Below are positions 16,242-30,988 of a DNA stretch of 64,000 bases, piece by piece. Below the pieces are notes generated by a model. That model was given only the letters and a program-made list of their open reading frames with translations. It was not told the origin of the DNA and searched no databases. A program made the position numbers and the translations under genes. This stretch comes from the human T2T-CHM13v2.0 reference genome, Homo sapiens. The stretch lies in the NCBI RefSeq assembly GCF_009914755.1, contig NC_060943.1; one strand, given 5' to 3'. The stretch's first letter is position 1. The number at the start of each line of letters is the position of its first letter.

Positions 16242-17346
16242 AACATGGTCTCTTTTGGTCTCTGTGTCCTCTTCTGTAAAATGGTGACAGTTCCTGCCCT
16301 GCTCACCTTGAATAAGAACTTTGAGGATAAATACATTACTGAAGGTAAAAATGCATTATAAACTCTAAAAATACTACATACATGAGAGCTGATTTTGATT
16401 GCTTAAGGTGCAAATAAGCCCAGGCTGACTGAAGATGATGAGGTGACCCTGATGGCCGAACCTTTACGAATCCTTTCCTTATTAGCAAGTTGACTTAGTG
16501 GGAGCTTTGTTTCCTCAGATTCTGTGGCTAGAAAGACCCCTTATTTTCCTGCTGCCAGGGTCATCTGTCTAGAACATAAATCTGACCGTGTCACTCCCGC
16601 TCCTTCTTGTCAGATCTCAGACCAAGTGTCAGCTCCATAGAGAGGCTTTCTGCTGTCCTCCATCTGCAACTGCAGACCTTTCTTATACCCGAGAGACACT
16701 GCAGACTCCCTCCTGACAGGCACCATGACATCAGATGGCTTTATTTATTTCTTTTTCATCTCTCCCCTCTCAAGAGAAGGCAATCTCTCTGAAAGAAGGT
16801 AAGGAGATGTTTATGTTATTAACCACTCTTTCTAGGAAGGGCTAGATCAATGCTGTGCAGGTACCTGATGCTGAGAGAAAGAGAGAGAGAGATTGCAAGG
16901 GGAACCAGGAAACCATCAATGTTGAAGAGAGAGTTATCCTGATTTCCAGGCCCTGATTCCAGGTTCTCATGAGGCCTGGCTGCTTATGGGTTCAATAAAA
17001 GCAGCAGGATCATGGGTTTTTTCCAATACATTCTCACTTTTGCTTAAAGCGAATTAAAATGGTGTGTTGTTGCCTTAACCAAATACACCCTAAGCCACAT
17101 CTGCCACTAGAGAAGAGGCCTGTGGCTGGCAGGGACTGTTTTCTGCTCACTCATTGTGAGTCCCCAGGGCCTGGCACAGTGATGGGCAAGGAAACACCTG
17201 TGAATGGGTAGAGTTTATCTTTATCTCTGCACTGCACAAAAGCTCAGTTCTCATTTTCCATTTACAATGTTCCAAAGTTTTCCAACATAATTCCACAGGT
17301 CAGAGGTTACAAACTGACTACCCAGCTGTTGAATTAGCCCATAGGC

Positions 17347-17659
<313 letters not shown>

Positions 17660-18751
17660 TAAAACATTGTTTTTACCTGGACAGTTTTTGAAGAAAGAAA
17701 AGAAGGAAGCAAAGAAAGAAGAAGAAAAGGAGGGAGGAAGAAAGGAAGGAAGCCAACATTTTAAAATGGAGTGAGTTCACATGAAAATCAACATTACCAG
17801 CCCCTCTTTAAAAACTCGAATATTTTACAGCACTAAGCTCTAAAAGACCTTTCTACTTTTACATCTTATTTTTGATGGTTCAGAAGAAAGCAATCTGTTC
17901 TTGCATTTAAGGTAATAAAATCTGAGACCCCAGATTCCTAAAGGGAAATGAGTACAAACAGAAAGCTTACAAATGTGTTTTCCCTTTCTCTCTCTCCTAT
18001 TATCTGTCCCAACAAGAAAACCCTGCCCCTTCCAGGGACAGATGCTGCAGGATTATAGAACAGTGGCTCAGCTGCGGACTCTGCCAGCATCCCTGCAAGA
18101 AATGCCTCTAAGTCCCCACAGTTGCAGCCACATCTTCTGCTGACTGGAGTCACCTGTGAAGCTGATCTGCATATGGCTTCTGGCCTTGTTTGTTGAGAAA
18201 CCTGCTAAAACAAATGCAGGTGTCGGGAGCGGCTCATTAAAGTTTTTGCGCTGCTCTGCAGCACGGCCCTCACTTCCTGAAACTCTCATACCTCTCAGAG
18301 ACTTCGGGTTTTTTTCTTTCTGAAAGTCTCAATCCTGGTGCCCCAGGGACAGCAGAAAAGCCCCTCAGAGCCCCCCAAACAGGGCATGGCCCACCAAAGG
18401 CCATGGCAGTATCCACCCATTGTTAGAACACACTTTCTTTCCTTTTTTTTGATGTGGTTTTCACTGGGAAAAGATGGGATGTGGTGGCGAAGAGACCAAT
18501 AAACAAAAAGTTAAACACTTAAGTATACAATGGTTTTCTGAAAAATAAGGAGAGAGAGCATGCAAAAATGTTACTTTCAACAACTGGAAAAAAGCTCTGA
18601 AAGTCCATGCGTCGGGCAGTAGCCAAATCCATGTTCCATCTTAAGTAGGTTTCCCTCCCTCCCTGCCTCCCTCCTATCCTTCCTCCTCCCTCTCTTCCTT
18701 CCCTTTCTTTTCTTTCTCTCTTTCTTCTTTCCTTCCTTCTTTGTAAAATCT

Positions 18752-19043
18752 TGCCAGGTGCAGTGGTTCATGCCTCTCCCAGCATTTTGGAAGGCTGAGG
18801 CAGGAGGATTGCTTGAGTCCAGGAGTTCAAGGTCAACCTGGGCAATATAGTGAGACCTCATTTCCACCAAAAAAAATAAAAAATAAAAATTAGCTTGGTG
18901 TGGTGACACATGAATAGGAGGCTGAGTAGGAGGCTGAGGTGGGAAGATCATTTGACCCCAGGAGGTTGAGGCTGCAGTGAGCTAGGATTGTGCCACTGCA
19001 CTCCAGCCTGGGCAACAGAGCAAGAGACCCTGTCTTAAAAAAA
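18752..19043 (+). mobile_element. AluJ
   Basis: GGAGGATTGCTTGAG..GAGGCTGCAGTGAGCT; preceded by a CT-rich tract at 18650-18742. Confidence 0.9.
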
Positions 19044-20981
19044 TACATCATAAATAAAATCTGTCCCGAAACTATCCTGACTTTCATCCTCCCCAGATTG
19101 GGCTTTGTCTTCGGAGCCTCCATCCCCAGATTTCTCGGCCCAGAGCTTGCAGATGTTTTCTTTGCTGCAGGCTCAAAGTGCATTTTGTGATACATGGCTG
19201 TCTCAGGCCAGGTTCCCCCAGGAGCAGACACAGAGACAGGGGACTGAGAGCAACAACTGGCTGGGAGGTGGCCCAGCACCTCATCGTAGAAGAGTGTGGG
19301 AATGAGACAGGGACAGAAGGCAGCCAGCGGAGGGCAGGCTGTCACACAGGTCACCACTGTGGCCCCTAGAGTCCAAGCCCTGAAGAATCCTGGGAGCCTG
19401 TGGAGCAGGGGGAGCTGGGGTCTGTGTTTTCCAGCCCCATCCACCAGCAGCTGAGGGCTGATGCCACGCCTTTTCCCTCCCAGCACTTCTGGCTGGTCCC
19501 AAGCATGTGAGCCTGCAGCAGAGTGAGGTCAAAAGGCTCGCCTAGAACCCCAATCAGGGCGCCGCAGCACCTGCTCCAACTTGTCCAGCCCCGGGCCCAC
19601 CTCAGTTAACAGAGCAGTCCCTCTTCCAGCCAGGAGGCCCTTGTGGCGAGGAGAATGTAGAGGTGGAGCACATGGAGGCAATGTACTTGTCTGGGACAAT
19701 CATTTCCTTACTCTTATCACAACAAAGCCATTCCTTCACTGTACTTTAGAGACCTCTGTCTCCTCATGCCCCAAAGATGTTCAGCTGGGGTTCTCCTCAA
19801 GGAGACAGAAAGCAATGGACCTTAGATTCTGCGCCAGCTGCTCTCTTCTCCGCCAGGGTTTACTTGGGCACTGGCATGTTGAAATGCTGCGGTTTCCAAG
19901 CCAAAGGGCTTTTCTCTCCCCGCAGGCCTTTCCAGCTTCCTCGGCTGCGCGGTTCTTCCTTTGTGGCAGGAAGGCTGGGACTTATGGTGGGGTTAATTCT
20001 GATCGTGTATCACTGGAACATTCTTTCATTCATGTGCTAGTGTTCACAGCTCACTGTTGCTTCAAAGAAGCTCAGTGCGTGAGTATTTGATATTTTCTTT
20101 ATCGAGATGCTCAGTTCTCTGAGTCGCTAGAGCGTCTCCCTTTACATCCAAATTCCAGCCCCACCACAGTTCTCTCCCTCTTCACAGCCACTGCCCTCTC
20201 ATCTGTCAGTCACTCAGCTCTCATCAGAGTAAAAGAACAGCCCTGGGGCTGCCACAAAAAGGGCTCTTCACTGGAGCCCAGCCAGCAGATCCCAACTCCA
20301 AGTCCCTGGAATTAGACTCAGCTCAGTGGCCAGGCTAAGCCCCAGCTTGTGCCGGTGACAAATGAGCGCTGGGCAGAGCAGGCCAGGAGGGCTCCACTGT
20401 TGCTTGAAAGAAACTCCGATGAGGTGAGAATGATGGAAAAGCAAAAGAATGCCGTGCAATGCGTGTGTGCATAACAGCCCTCTCTGGGAGGAATCAACAG
20501 GGCTGGGTTACCAATTAGATGTGGAGGGCGAGGGAGACCTCAGACCCCTGGCTTGGATGAGGGGAGTGTGGGGAAGCAACAACAAAAACAGGGACTGGAG
20601 GGCAGGCAGCCTGTGGGGGCTGGATGGTGTGGGAGGGGCAGGGGAAGGCTGCTCAACAGACCCGTGCCATCTTTCATTCCACCGATGCCCTCCATGTGCT
20701 CTACGGTGTGCTGGAAACACAACAGGAAGCCTCACAAAGTATTTGTCTTTATGGAGCTGACATGCTGCTGTAAGAAGTCACAAAATAAACAAGATGCTAA
20801 TAAGTCAACAAGATACTTTCACAGAGTCCCTTGGTTTGGTTGTCTTTGTGGCAATAAGACAGAGAGAGAGAAAGAAAGAAAGAAGCGCTGGAAAAGCTGT
20901 AGACACAGCTGCAGATAGCAGGAGTTCACAGCCCTGGCCTTGTATTAGAATCACCTGGGAAGGTTTTAAAAAATGTACTCA

Positions 20982-21280
<299 letters not shown>

Positions 21281-21823
21281 TACTTATATCTAATGATTTA
21301 TTATATACAACACAAAGAATACAGTGATAAAAAACTTGATAAATTAGATTATATCAAAAGTCACATCAAATAGACATTAATAAAATCAGAATATCTGGGG
21401 TGGGGGAGTGGTTTGGTTAAAGGCCCCAGGTGCTTCTAAGGTGCAGCCAAGCTGGCGAACCACTGGGCTAGGCCCCTGCCCAAAAAGATCTGACCTGACT
21501 GGCTGGGGAGAAGCTTGGGGGCTTTGAATCTCCCCAGGTAGCTCTGATGGGAGGTGTCTGAGAACCCCTGGAGAGAGATGCTGAAGCTGCTGCCTCCACA
21601 TCCATCCCACCACTCCCTCTTTGAGTAGCATCAGGGCAGTGTGGGTAGCTCAAGTCAGCTTGGGGGCTGTGCCTCATTGTGTTAAAGGTGGTCCCATTAT
21701 GTAGACAGTGACCACCCCAGGAGTGAGCCAGTGACATACCAGCAGTGCATTGCCAAAGACTTTGGGGAAAGTTTTTTTCTCATTCTTAAGAAAGAACAAG
21801 AAGCCATGTTTGCTTTCCTATTA

Positions 21824-22268
21824 AACATTATATTAAGTGAAATAAGCCAGGCACAAAAAGACACAGTTCACATATTCTATATAATTTGTGGGAGCTAAAA
21901 ATTAATTCAATTGAACTCGTGGAGATAGACGAAGGATGGTTACCAGAGGCTGGGATGGATAGTGGGAAAGGTAGGGGGTGGGAGATGGGGATGGTTAATG
22001 GGTACAAAATATAGTTAGATACCACGAATGAGGTCTAGTATTTGATAGCACGACAGGGTGACTATAGTCAGCAATAATTTCTTGTACATTCAGAATAACT
22101 AAGAGAGCACAACGGGAATGTTCACAACACAAAGAAATCATGAATGCTTGAAGGGATGGATGGCTGCCCCATTTCCCTGTGATCCGTGCACACTGCACAT
22201 CTGTGTCAGAGTATCTCATGTATCCCACAAATATATGCACCTCCTAGGTACCCACAAATATCAAAAAT
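21824..22268 (+). mobile_element. L1MA-type 3' end, inside an old MLT1-like LTR
   Basis: AAGTGAAATAAGCCAGGCAC..GGATGGTTACCAGAGGCTGGG..CAGGGTGACTATAGTCA..GTACCCACAAA. Confidence 0.85.
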
Positions 22269-23530
22269 AGATGTGACTGAAGGAGCTTGTAGCACAGGTG
22301 ACACTGATGGGAAAAATAAGTCTTGGGAAGAAGCCAATACTATGGCTGCAGAAAACAGAGAACACAGGGGCCCTTGATGCTGTAATCAAGCTGCCTGGTC
22401 CTGAAACTCTCACTGCCTCTGCTGCCACATATGTGAGCCACTAGATTTGCATCCTATTTAAGCCAGTTTGAGTTGATTTTTCTATTACTGCCCTCAAGTG
22501 ACACAGGCAGTCATGGAAGGTGCCTGTGAGAAAGTTCAACACCAGAACCAAGTAAGACCAATGGATGGAAATGATCCAGCCCTGTGAAAGCCTCACAGAA
22601 GGGATTTGAGCATGAGGAATGGAACCCATCCAGAAATAAGAAGACGCTTGGTGCATTGATGAAACAGGAAAAAATGTCATCGTTAACAATTCCAAGAGCT
22701 GGCCTGGCCAGTCACAGAATGCGACTCTGAGCAGGGAAATATCAGACACATTAAAGGGCATAAAGGTCACTCAAGTGAGTCACCCAGCATTACTGAGGAG
22801 CACTCCACATGGCACAAAAGAGGGCAGAAGTCCAGAGAGTAGTCCTGTTCTTGGGATGCAAATGGTGTCACTGGAAGAAGACGGGCGTGCTGCCTATAAC
22901 AAGGGCGGGTCAGAGCTGTGATGACATTCGACCCCTCAGGTTGGTCCCGGGCAGCACACTCTGATGATTAAATCAGGAACAGGCAGGCAGAGGGGTGTGT
23001 GTGTTTCAGAGAAAGCTGGTGATTTGCTAAACCAAAAATGACAAGGAGAAAAAAATCAGAATTCTTATAGCACATAAAGGACATTAAACATGGAGAGACT
23101 TTATTCTTCTAGAGCATTCATTTAAAGCTCATGCCTGCAGTCCTGAGTGTTTCCCTTCATCAAACAAGGATCAAGAAGAGAGGAAATATGGTCTTCAAAG
23201 TAAAAAAAAAAAAAAAAAAATGTAAAGGGTCGTTTCTGAAATTAGCCTGGAATGTTTCATTGCTTTACAGGGAGAGAGCAGCCTCCAAGAAGCTTAGCAG
23301 CATCTGCCTCTTGTCTGAGCTTCTGTGTCAGTTTCTCCCAGGGCAGATTTTATTAAATAAACAGCAAAGAGTCCGGGCTCCTGAGCGGCTCAGAAACTCT
23401 TGCATCTTTGAGGAGCTTGCATATGCTCACGCCACTCTGGAAAACCAGGTAGAGAGGCACTTTTCAGGGAGTCCCCAGGGTGCTGAAGCAAGAAGGGCAA
23501 TAATTTGGTTTTCTTTAAAATATATATATA

Positions 23531-23804
23531 TGAGACATAGTTTCACCAGGCTGGAGTGCGATGGCGTGATCTCGGCTCACTGCAACTTCTATCTCCAAGG
23601 TTCAAGTGATTCTCCTGCCTCAGCCTCCTGAGTAACTGGGATTACAGGTGTGTGCCACTACACCTGGCTAATTTTTGTATTTTTAGTAGAGATGGGGTTT
23701 CACCATGTTGATCAGGCTGGTCTTGAACTCCTGACCTCCAGTGATGCGCCCGCCTCAGCCTTCCAAAGTGCTGGGATTATAGGTGTGACCCACCATGCCC
23801 GGCC
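23531..23804 (-). mobile_element. AluSx-type
   Basis: Antisense Alu dimer with a short deletion near the tail. Confidence 0.9.
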
Positions 23805-25354
23805 AAAAAATTGAGGTAAAATCTTCCTATATAATTTGCCATCTTTATTTTTAAGTGTACAGTTTAGTGCTCATAAATATTTATAATGAGGGTAATGATT
23901 TGAAGAGAAATTCAGGACTCCCAGGCCCTCTGTGTTCCTGCTGACTGAGACAGGATCTGAAGCAAGGCTCGAATCTCTCTGCGATCAGTTTTCTTGTTAA
24001 TAGAGTTGAGATGCACTTGTCCCTCTGCTTCCTCCCAGGGGCACAAAGGAATTACTGGCCTGGAGAGACTTGGAAACACACAAGGAGCGGCGCTGATGGG
24101 AGGAGCTGGTTTAGAATAAGGCAGAGACGGAACAAAGAAGGATCTTTCCTGGGGTAGAGGGAGGGTGGTGGGAGGACAATGGGGAGTGTGGGGTTGGGAT
24201 TCTTTCCAAATGCTCAAAAGAGACTCAAAATAGACTCAGTCCATTCATCTCCTTTATGAAAACCCTACAATATCAATGGGATGATTGCTATGAGTAAAAA
24301 TTAGGAAAACTAAGAGATTCAGTATTGGTCAAGGCTTATCAGCAGTCTTAATTGCTTTAATTTTAGTCAATAGACATCATCTTCTTGTATAAGGCAACGC
24401 TTTTGTCCTGGTGACTGGCAGGCCTGGTACACTAAATGCCTTAGCAAAGCAAGCTGGGCCCCTTGGTCATTACCATCGCAAACATCTGCACGTTCCCTCC
24501 AATGCTCCCTTGCAACCCTGCTAAAAATAAAATCGTCTTTTAATAACCTCAAGAGCCCACCACTGTCTCCTCTCTGGAATGTTCACTGAGGACCCCAGTA
24601 AGAAATGGAAATTGCCTCGAATGCTCTCTCCTCTGCCTTGACAGTGCTGCTGCCGGCCACGCACTCTGTTGGGGGAAGGGCAGTGTTGATCAGAAAGCGA
24701 GCTCCTTGACTGACGTTATCTCCTCCTGGGCAGAAACCAATTTCAGCAAGAACTTTGTAATTTGGAATTCAAGGATGTAAGATGCATTCAGGGAACCATT
24801 TTCCCCCTACAAATTACAGTTTGTCATTTAAGAGGTTTAATATCACAAAAAGGGCCTGCTTCTGCCTTTTTAAAAAAATTTTAAAAAATGCCACACCGAT
24901 GCTCTCAGAACAGAGGCTTAGGAATGAGAAGAATGGCCTGTACTTCAAACAAACCCATTGTTCCTTACTAGAGGCAGAAGAATAATGTCAGAAAAAATAG
25001 TTATTTATTCAGCAAGCTCTTGAAGTGCTCAGGCAGAGTGGTGGACCCCAATGCCTGGCATATAGCACGTGGATCCCAATGCCTGGCAATAACCACGTGA
25101 AGGAAGGAAGAAGGGGAGGGAAGGAGGCAGGGAAGAAGAAATACGCAGACACTGTGTGGTAGGAATTCCAAGACATAGTACATTATTTTATCCAAACACA
25201 AACACAGTATTTAATCAAGATTTTCCCATGATGCACTGGGGCAAGACAATCATGTGTGGGGAGGAGCCCAGGCAGCAAATGTCTAGAATGAGAAGAACTG
25301 GGCCACAGGCCAGGCTCTCAAGTCAGAGTCATGCTGAAACCTGCTCCCTTTCTT

Positions 25355-26549
<1,195 letters not shown>

Positions 26550-26671
26550 TCCCTTTCTTATCAGTTGTATGACAATAGGCAAACTGCTTTATCTCTCTGA
26601 ACCTCGTTTTCTTCATTTAGAAAACAGAGCTTATGCCTATTTTGGAAGACATTGTTAATTCACTCAAGACC

Positions 26672-27000
<329 letters not shown>

Positions 27001-27480
27001 TCAGCTTTAAAGAGCAGAACACTCAGTGCCCCATTTCCAAGTGTGATGATGAGGGCAGTCGGCAATGGGGCCTACGAGAAAGCCATCATGTTCTTGGTAA
27101 AGGGAAGATGTTGGTTTGGTCTCCTGAAAAGCAAGGCTTCTGAGAGCAGAGGCCACGTTTTCTCCTGTGGGACCCCAACTTGCCAAACCCAGGGCTGAAA
27201 GTGTGGCTGGTGCTCATGGAAAACCCAACTTGAAATCAGGAATGGCCGGACCTGCCTTGAGCTGTATATGTTGCAGTCACCTTTGAATACAAAGGCCAAA
27301 AAAATTCTCTGTGGTTGGCTTTGGAGAGGTTGTCAGGAAGAGCTGTAAGAAAGTGATGATTCACAGCAAAGAAAACAATGGATGAAATAAAAAGGCAGCC
27401 TGCAAATAGGGAAAAACACATCTGCAAAATATCAGATAGGAGGTTCATATGCAAGATTTGTTAAAAACTCATACAACTCT

Positions 27481-27790
27481 GCCGGTGCGGTGGCTCATGC
27501 CTATAATGCCAGCCTTTGGGAGGCTGAGGCGGGTGAATCACGAGGTCAGGAGTTTGAGACTAGCCTGGCCAACATGGTGAAACCCTGTCTCTACTAAAAA
27601 TACAAAAAATTACCTGGGTGTAGTCGCAGGTGCCTGTAATCCCAGCTACTCGGGAGGCTGAGGCAGAATTGCTTGAACCCAGGAGGCGGAGGTTGCAGTG
27701 AGCTGAGATGGCGCCACTGTACTCTAGCCTAGGCAACAGAGTGAGACTCCATCTCAAAAACAAAAACAAACAAAAAAAACCCCACAAAAA
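27481..27790 (+). mobile_element. AluSg
   Basis: ATCACGAGGTCAGGAGTTTGAGAC; near-TSD CTCAT(A/G)CAACTC. Confidence 0.9.
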
Positions 27791-28429
27791 ACCTCATGCA
27801 ACTCAATAGCAAGAAAACGTGTAACCCAATTAACAAATGTGCAAAGGACTTGAATAGGCATTTCTCCAAAGATGAAATGAAAATGACCAACATCATTAGG
27901 AAAAAGCAAATCAAAACCACTATGAGAAAACACCTCCCACCTGTCAGGGTGGCTACAATAAAAAAACCAGTGATAACAAGTGGTGGTGAGGGTGTGGAGA
28001 ATGGGAACCCTTGTACACTGTTGATAGGAGTGTCAATTGGCAAAGCAACTATGGAAAACAGTATGAAGGCTCCAGACAAAATTAAAAATAGCACTACCAT
28101 CTGACCCAGCAGTCCCACTTCTGGGTACATACTCAAAGGAGATGAAATCACCATCTCGTCAAGGCATCTGCACTCCCATGCTCACTGCGGCACTTCACAG
28201 CAGCCAAGGTACGTACACGCCCTAGGGGTCTATCAATGGACAAATAAATAAAGAAACCATGGTGTGTGTACAAAACAAAATGTTACTCAGCCTTAAAAAA
28301 GACGGAGATCCTGCCACTTGCCATAACAGGGATAGGCTTGGAGGACATTATGATAAGTGAAATAAGTCAGACACAGAAAGATAAATAATGCATAACTTCA
28401 CTTCTATGTGAAATCTTAAAAAAAAGGTT

Positions 28430-28614
28430 ACATATATACACACGTATATACACACGTATATATACACGTATATACACACATGTATATATACACGTATATA
28501 CACACATGTATATATATACACGTATACATATATGTACACGTGTGTATATATACACACATATATACACATATATACACACACACATATATACTATATATAC
28601 ATATATATATACAC

Positions 28615-28645
<31 letters not shown>
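28430..28645. repeat. Compound (TA/CA/CG)n alternating repeat followed by (AG)n
   Basis: About 190 bp of TATATACACGTA-type units, then about 12 AG units. Confidence 0.95.
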
Positions 28646-29460
28646 ATAAAACAGTGGTTAGCAGGGTCAGGATAGGGGAGCAGGAGGAAACAGAGACATA
28701 GCTCAAAGGCTCCCACATAGCAAATATGCAGGATGAACAAGTCTAAAGATGGAATGCACAGCAGGAGGGCTGTGGCTGATAACAGTGGATCCTCTTCTTT
28801 GCTAAATGAGAAGATTATAACTGCTTTTGCCACAGGGGGAGGCAGATGCCTTAAAAAAATAAAATGATTATTGACAAAGTGATAAATAATAAGAGTGAAG
28901 GAAATTTGATGATTAAGTTTGCAAAGGGGAAATAAAACAATTTGTCCAGCACTACACCATAGCAAAACAATGTGTTTAAAATATAAAACAAAATAAAACT
29001 GGGTCAGATGTATTTATTTTTTGTTGTTGCTATTGTTTTTAATTTAAAATTCAGCCACTCTCTCAAGGGCCTGCTCATGATGAAAAATACATTCCAGTTT
29101 TTACAGCTGCCATAAGACCTCATAAGAGCAGTGGGGTAATTTCAAGGGACTTCTCTTGAACTACAGGGGGGCCCTTGGCTCTATGTTTAGTGAAGTCTTG
29201 CAGGAGACTTGATGATAAAAACCACACCTGTGGACAATTCCTTCTCTAGGTCCCATGCTAGGACAGAGCTTACTCCTCCAGCCCCTACTGGCGGTCCACT
29301 CTCCAAGCTGCCATTCCTTTACCCAGGACACTCACAGATACAACTCCAACCCACACCTTGGGTGAGACATGTCTTGGGCTAAAGCGCGAGCTATTATTCA
29401 GAACCCCAGGACTGAGAACCCTTCACAGTACAAATGTGAGGTTGTTTTTTTCTTCCTTCC

Positions 29461-29893
<433 letters not shown>

Positions 29894-30509
29894 TGAACAC
29901 GTGTGTTATGCTCCCAAAAACCCCTCCTTAAGAATGGGAATATGCAAGGGAAACACAACACTAAACCTCTTTTGTTAGCATTCCTGATAAATTCGCACTT
30001 ATTACTCCAGTGAAAATTGTCTGTATGCAGAGAAAGTGCTTTAAACACAGCAGATTGGTCAGCCTCTGGTCCCCTCTGGCTCCTACAAACTTTCCAATCC
30101 TTTTACTTTGAAGCTGGGTCACTGCAGTGAGGTGCGTGTTGTTGTTCTGCAGAATCCAGTTGCATTTCATCACAGAGCTTTCATAAGAATCCATTTATCA
30201 AATTATTCCTTCGAAAACTGGAGTGGCACAGATCAAACCAACTGAGGAGCTGCGTGACACTTTAAGTCCCGATGTCAGTGCTGCCCAAATACAAGCTAGA
30301 TTATCAAGTGCTTTTCAAGAACACTTTAATGCCTTGTTCTCATGAACTCTGACAGTCTGACGATTAGGATTAAAATGGGTCATTTGTAGGAATTGCATAA
30401 GGGCCGGAAGTTACAGCCCTTTCAGAAAGCACTTCTGCCAGCCCTCCCACCAGGAGTCAGGGGTGGCCCAGGATGGATGGGTGTGTCAGCTGGGCTCTGG
30501 AAGCTCACT

Positions 30510-30988
30510 GTGGCACCCTGTCTGCAGCAGATGTCTGTGGGGGCCCCACTTGCACCCCCTTGGTTCCTGGCATCTGCATTTCTGCTGACCAGAGGGCCAA
30601 CAGCCTGAATGCACTTCTTTTCCTGCAGGCTTGCTTCTGTCCCTGGAACCCACTCTGCCCATAGATGTGGCAGGCCAGAAATGCCAGGGAATTCAGCTCT
30701 CCAGGAGTGACCCTTGGCCAATGGCTGACAGAAGCTAACGAGGTGTGCCCCAGATCTCTCATTCATTCGTGGGTAACCCTGAGTCCTGAGTGTAAGTTCC
30801 CCCAGAGTGGCTAACTCCAGTGGCCCCTGGCTGACTGGGTAGTTACTCACCTTCTGCTGCTGTCTTCCCCCCCATGCCTCGCTTCCACACTCCCCTATCT
30901 GTGCTTCCTGGGTTCACTTCCCAAGTAAACCACTTGCACTCACATCCTGGCCTCGGGGTCGGCTTCCAGGGGAACCCAGACTAAGACA
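30510..30988 (+). mobile_element. LTR16-family (ERVL) solo LTR
   Basis: 3' end GTAAACCACTTGCACTC..GGCTTCCAGGGGAACCCAGACTAAGACA; 5' end approximate. Confidence 0.65.

Larger units (their letters stand above)
27360..28980 (+). mobile_element. L1MA/MB ORF2 C-terminus and 3' UTR, interrupted by Alu and microsatellite
   Basis: ORF 27796-28104 [23 protein letters not shown] resembles L1 ORF2p C-terminus; AAGTGAAATAAGTCAGACACAGAAAGA. Confidence 0.85.

Noticed and set aside
18890-19486. 198-aa ORF
   Set aside because: Non-ATG start, C-terminus is antisense AluJ, no recognisable domain
19581-20090. 169-aa ORF in unique DNA
   Set aside because: TTG start, no recognisable domain or exon structure
28348-28718. 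Several ORFs rich in Y/I/C/V/H
   Set aside because: Translation of a dinucleotide microsatellite
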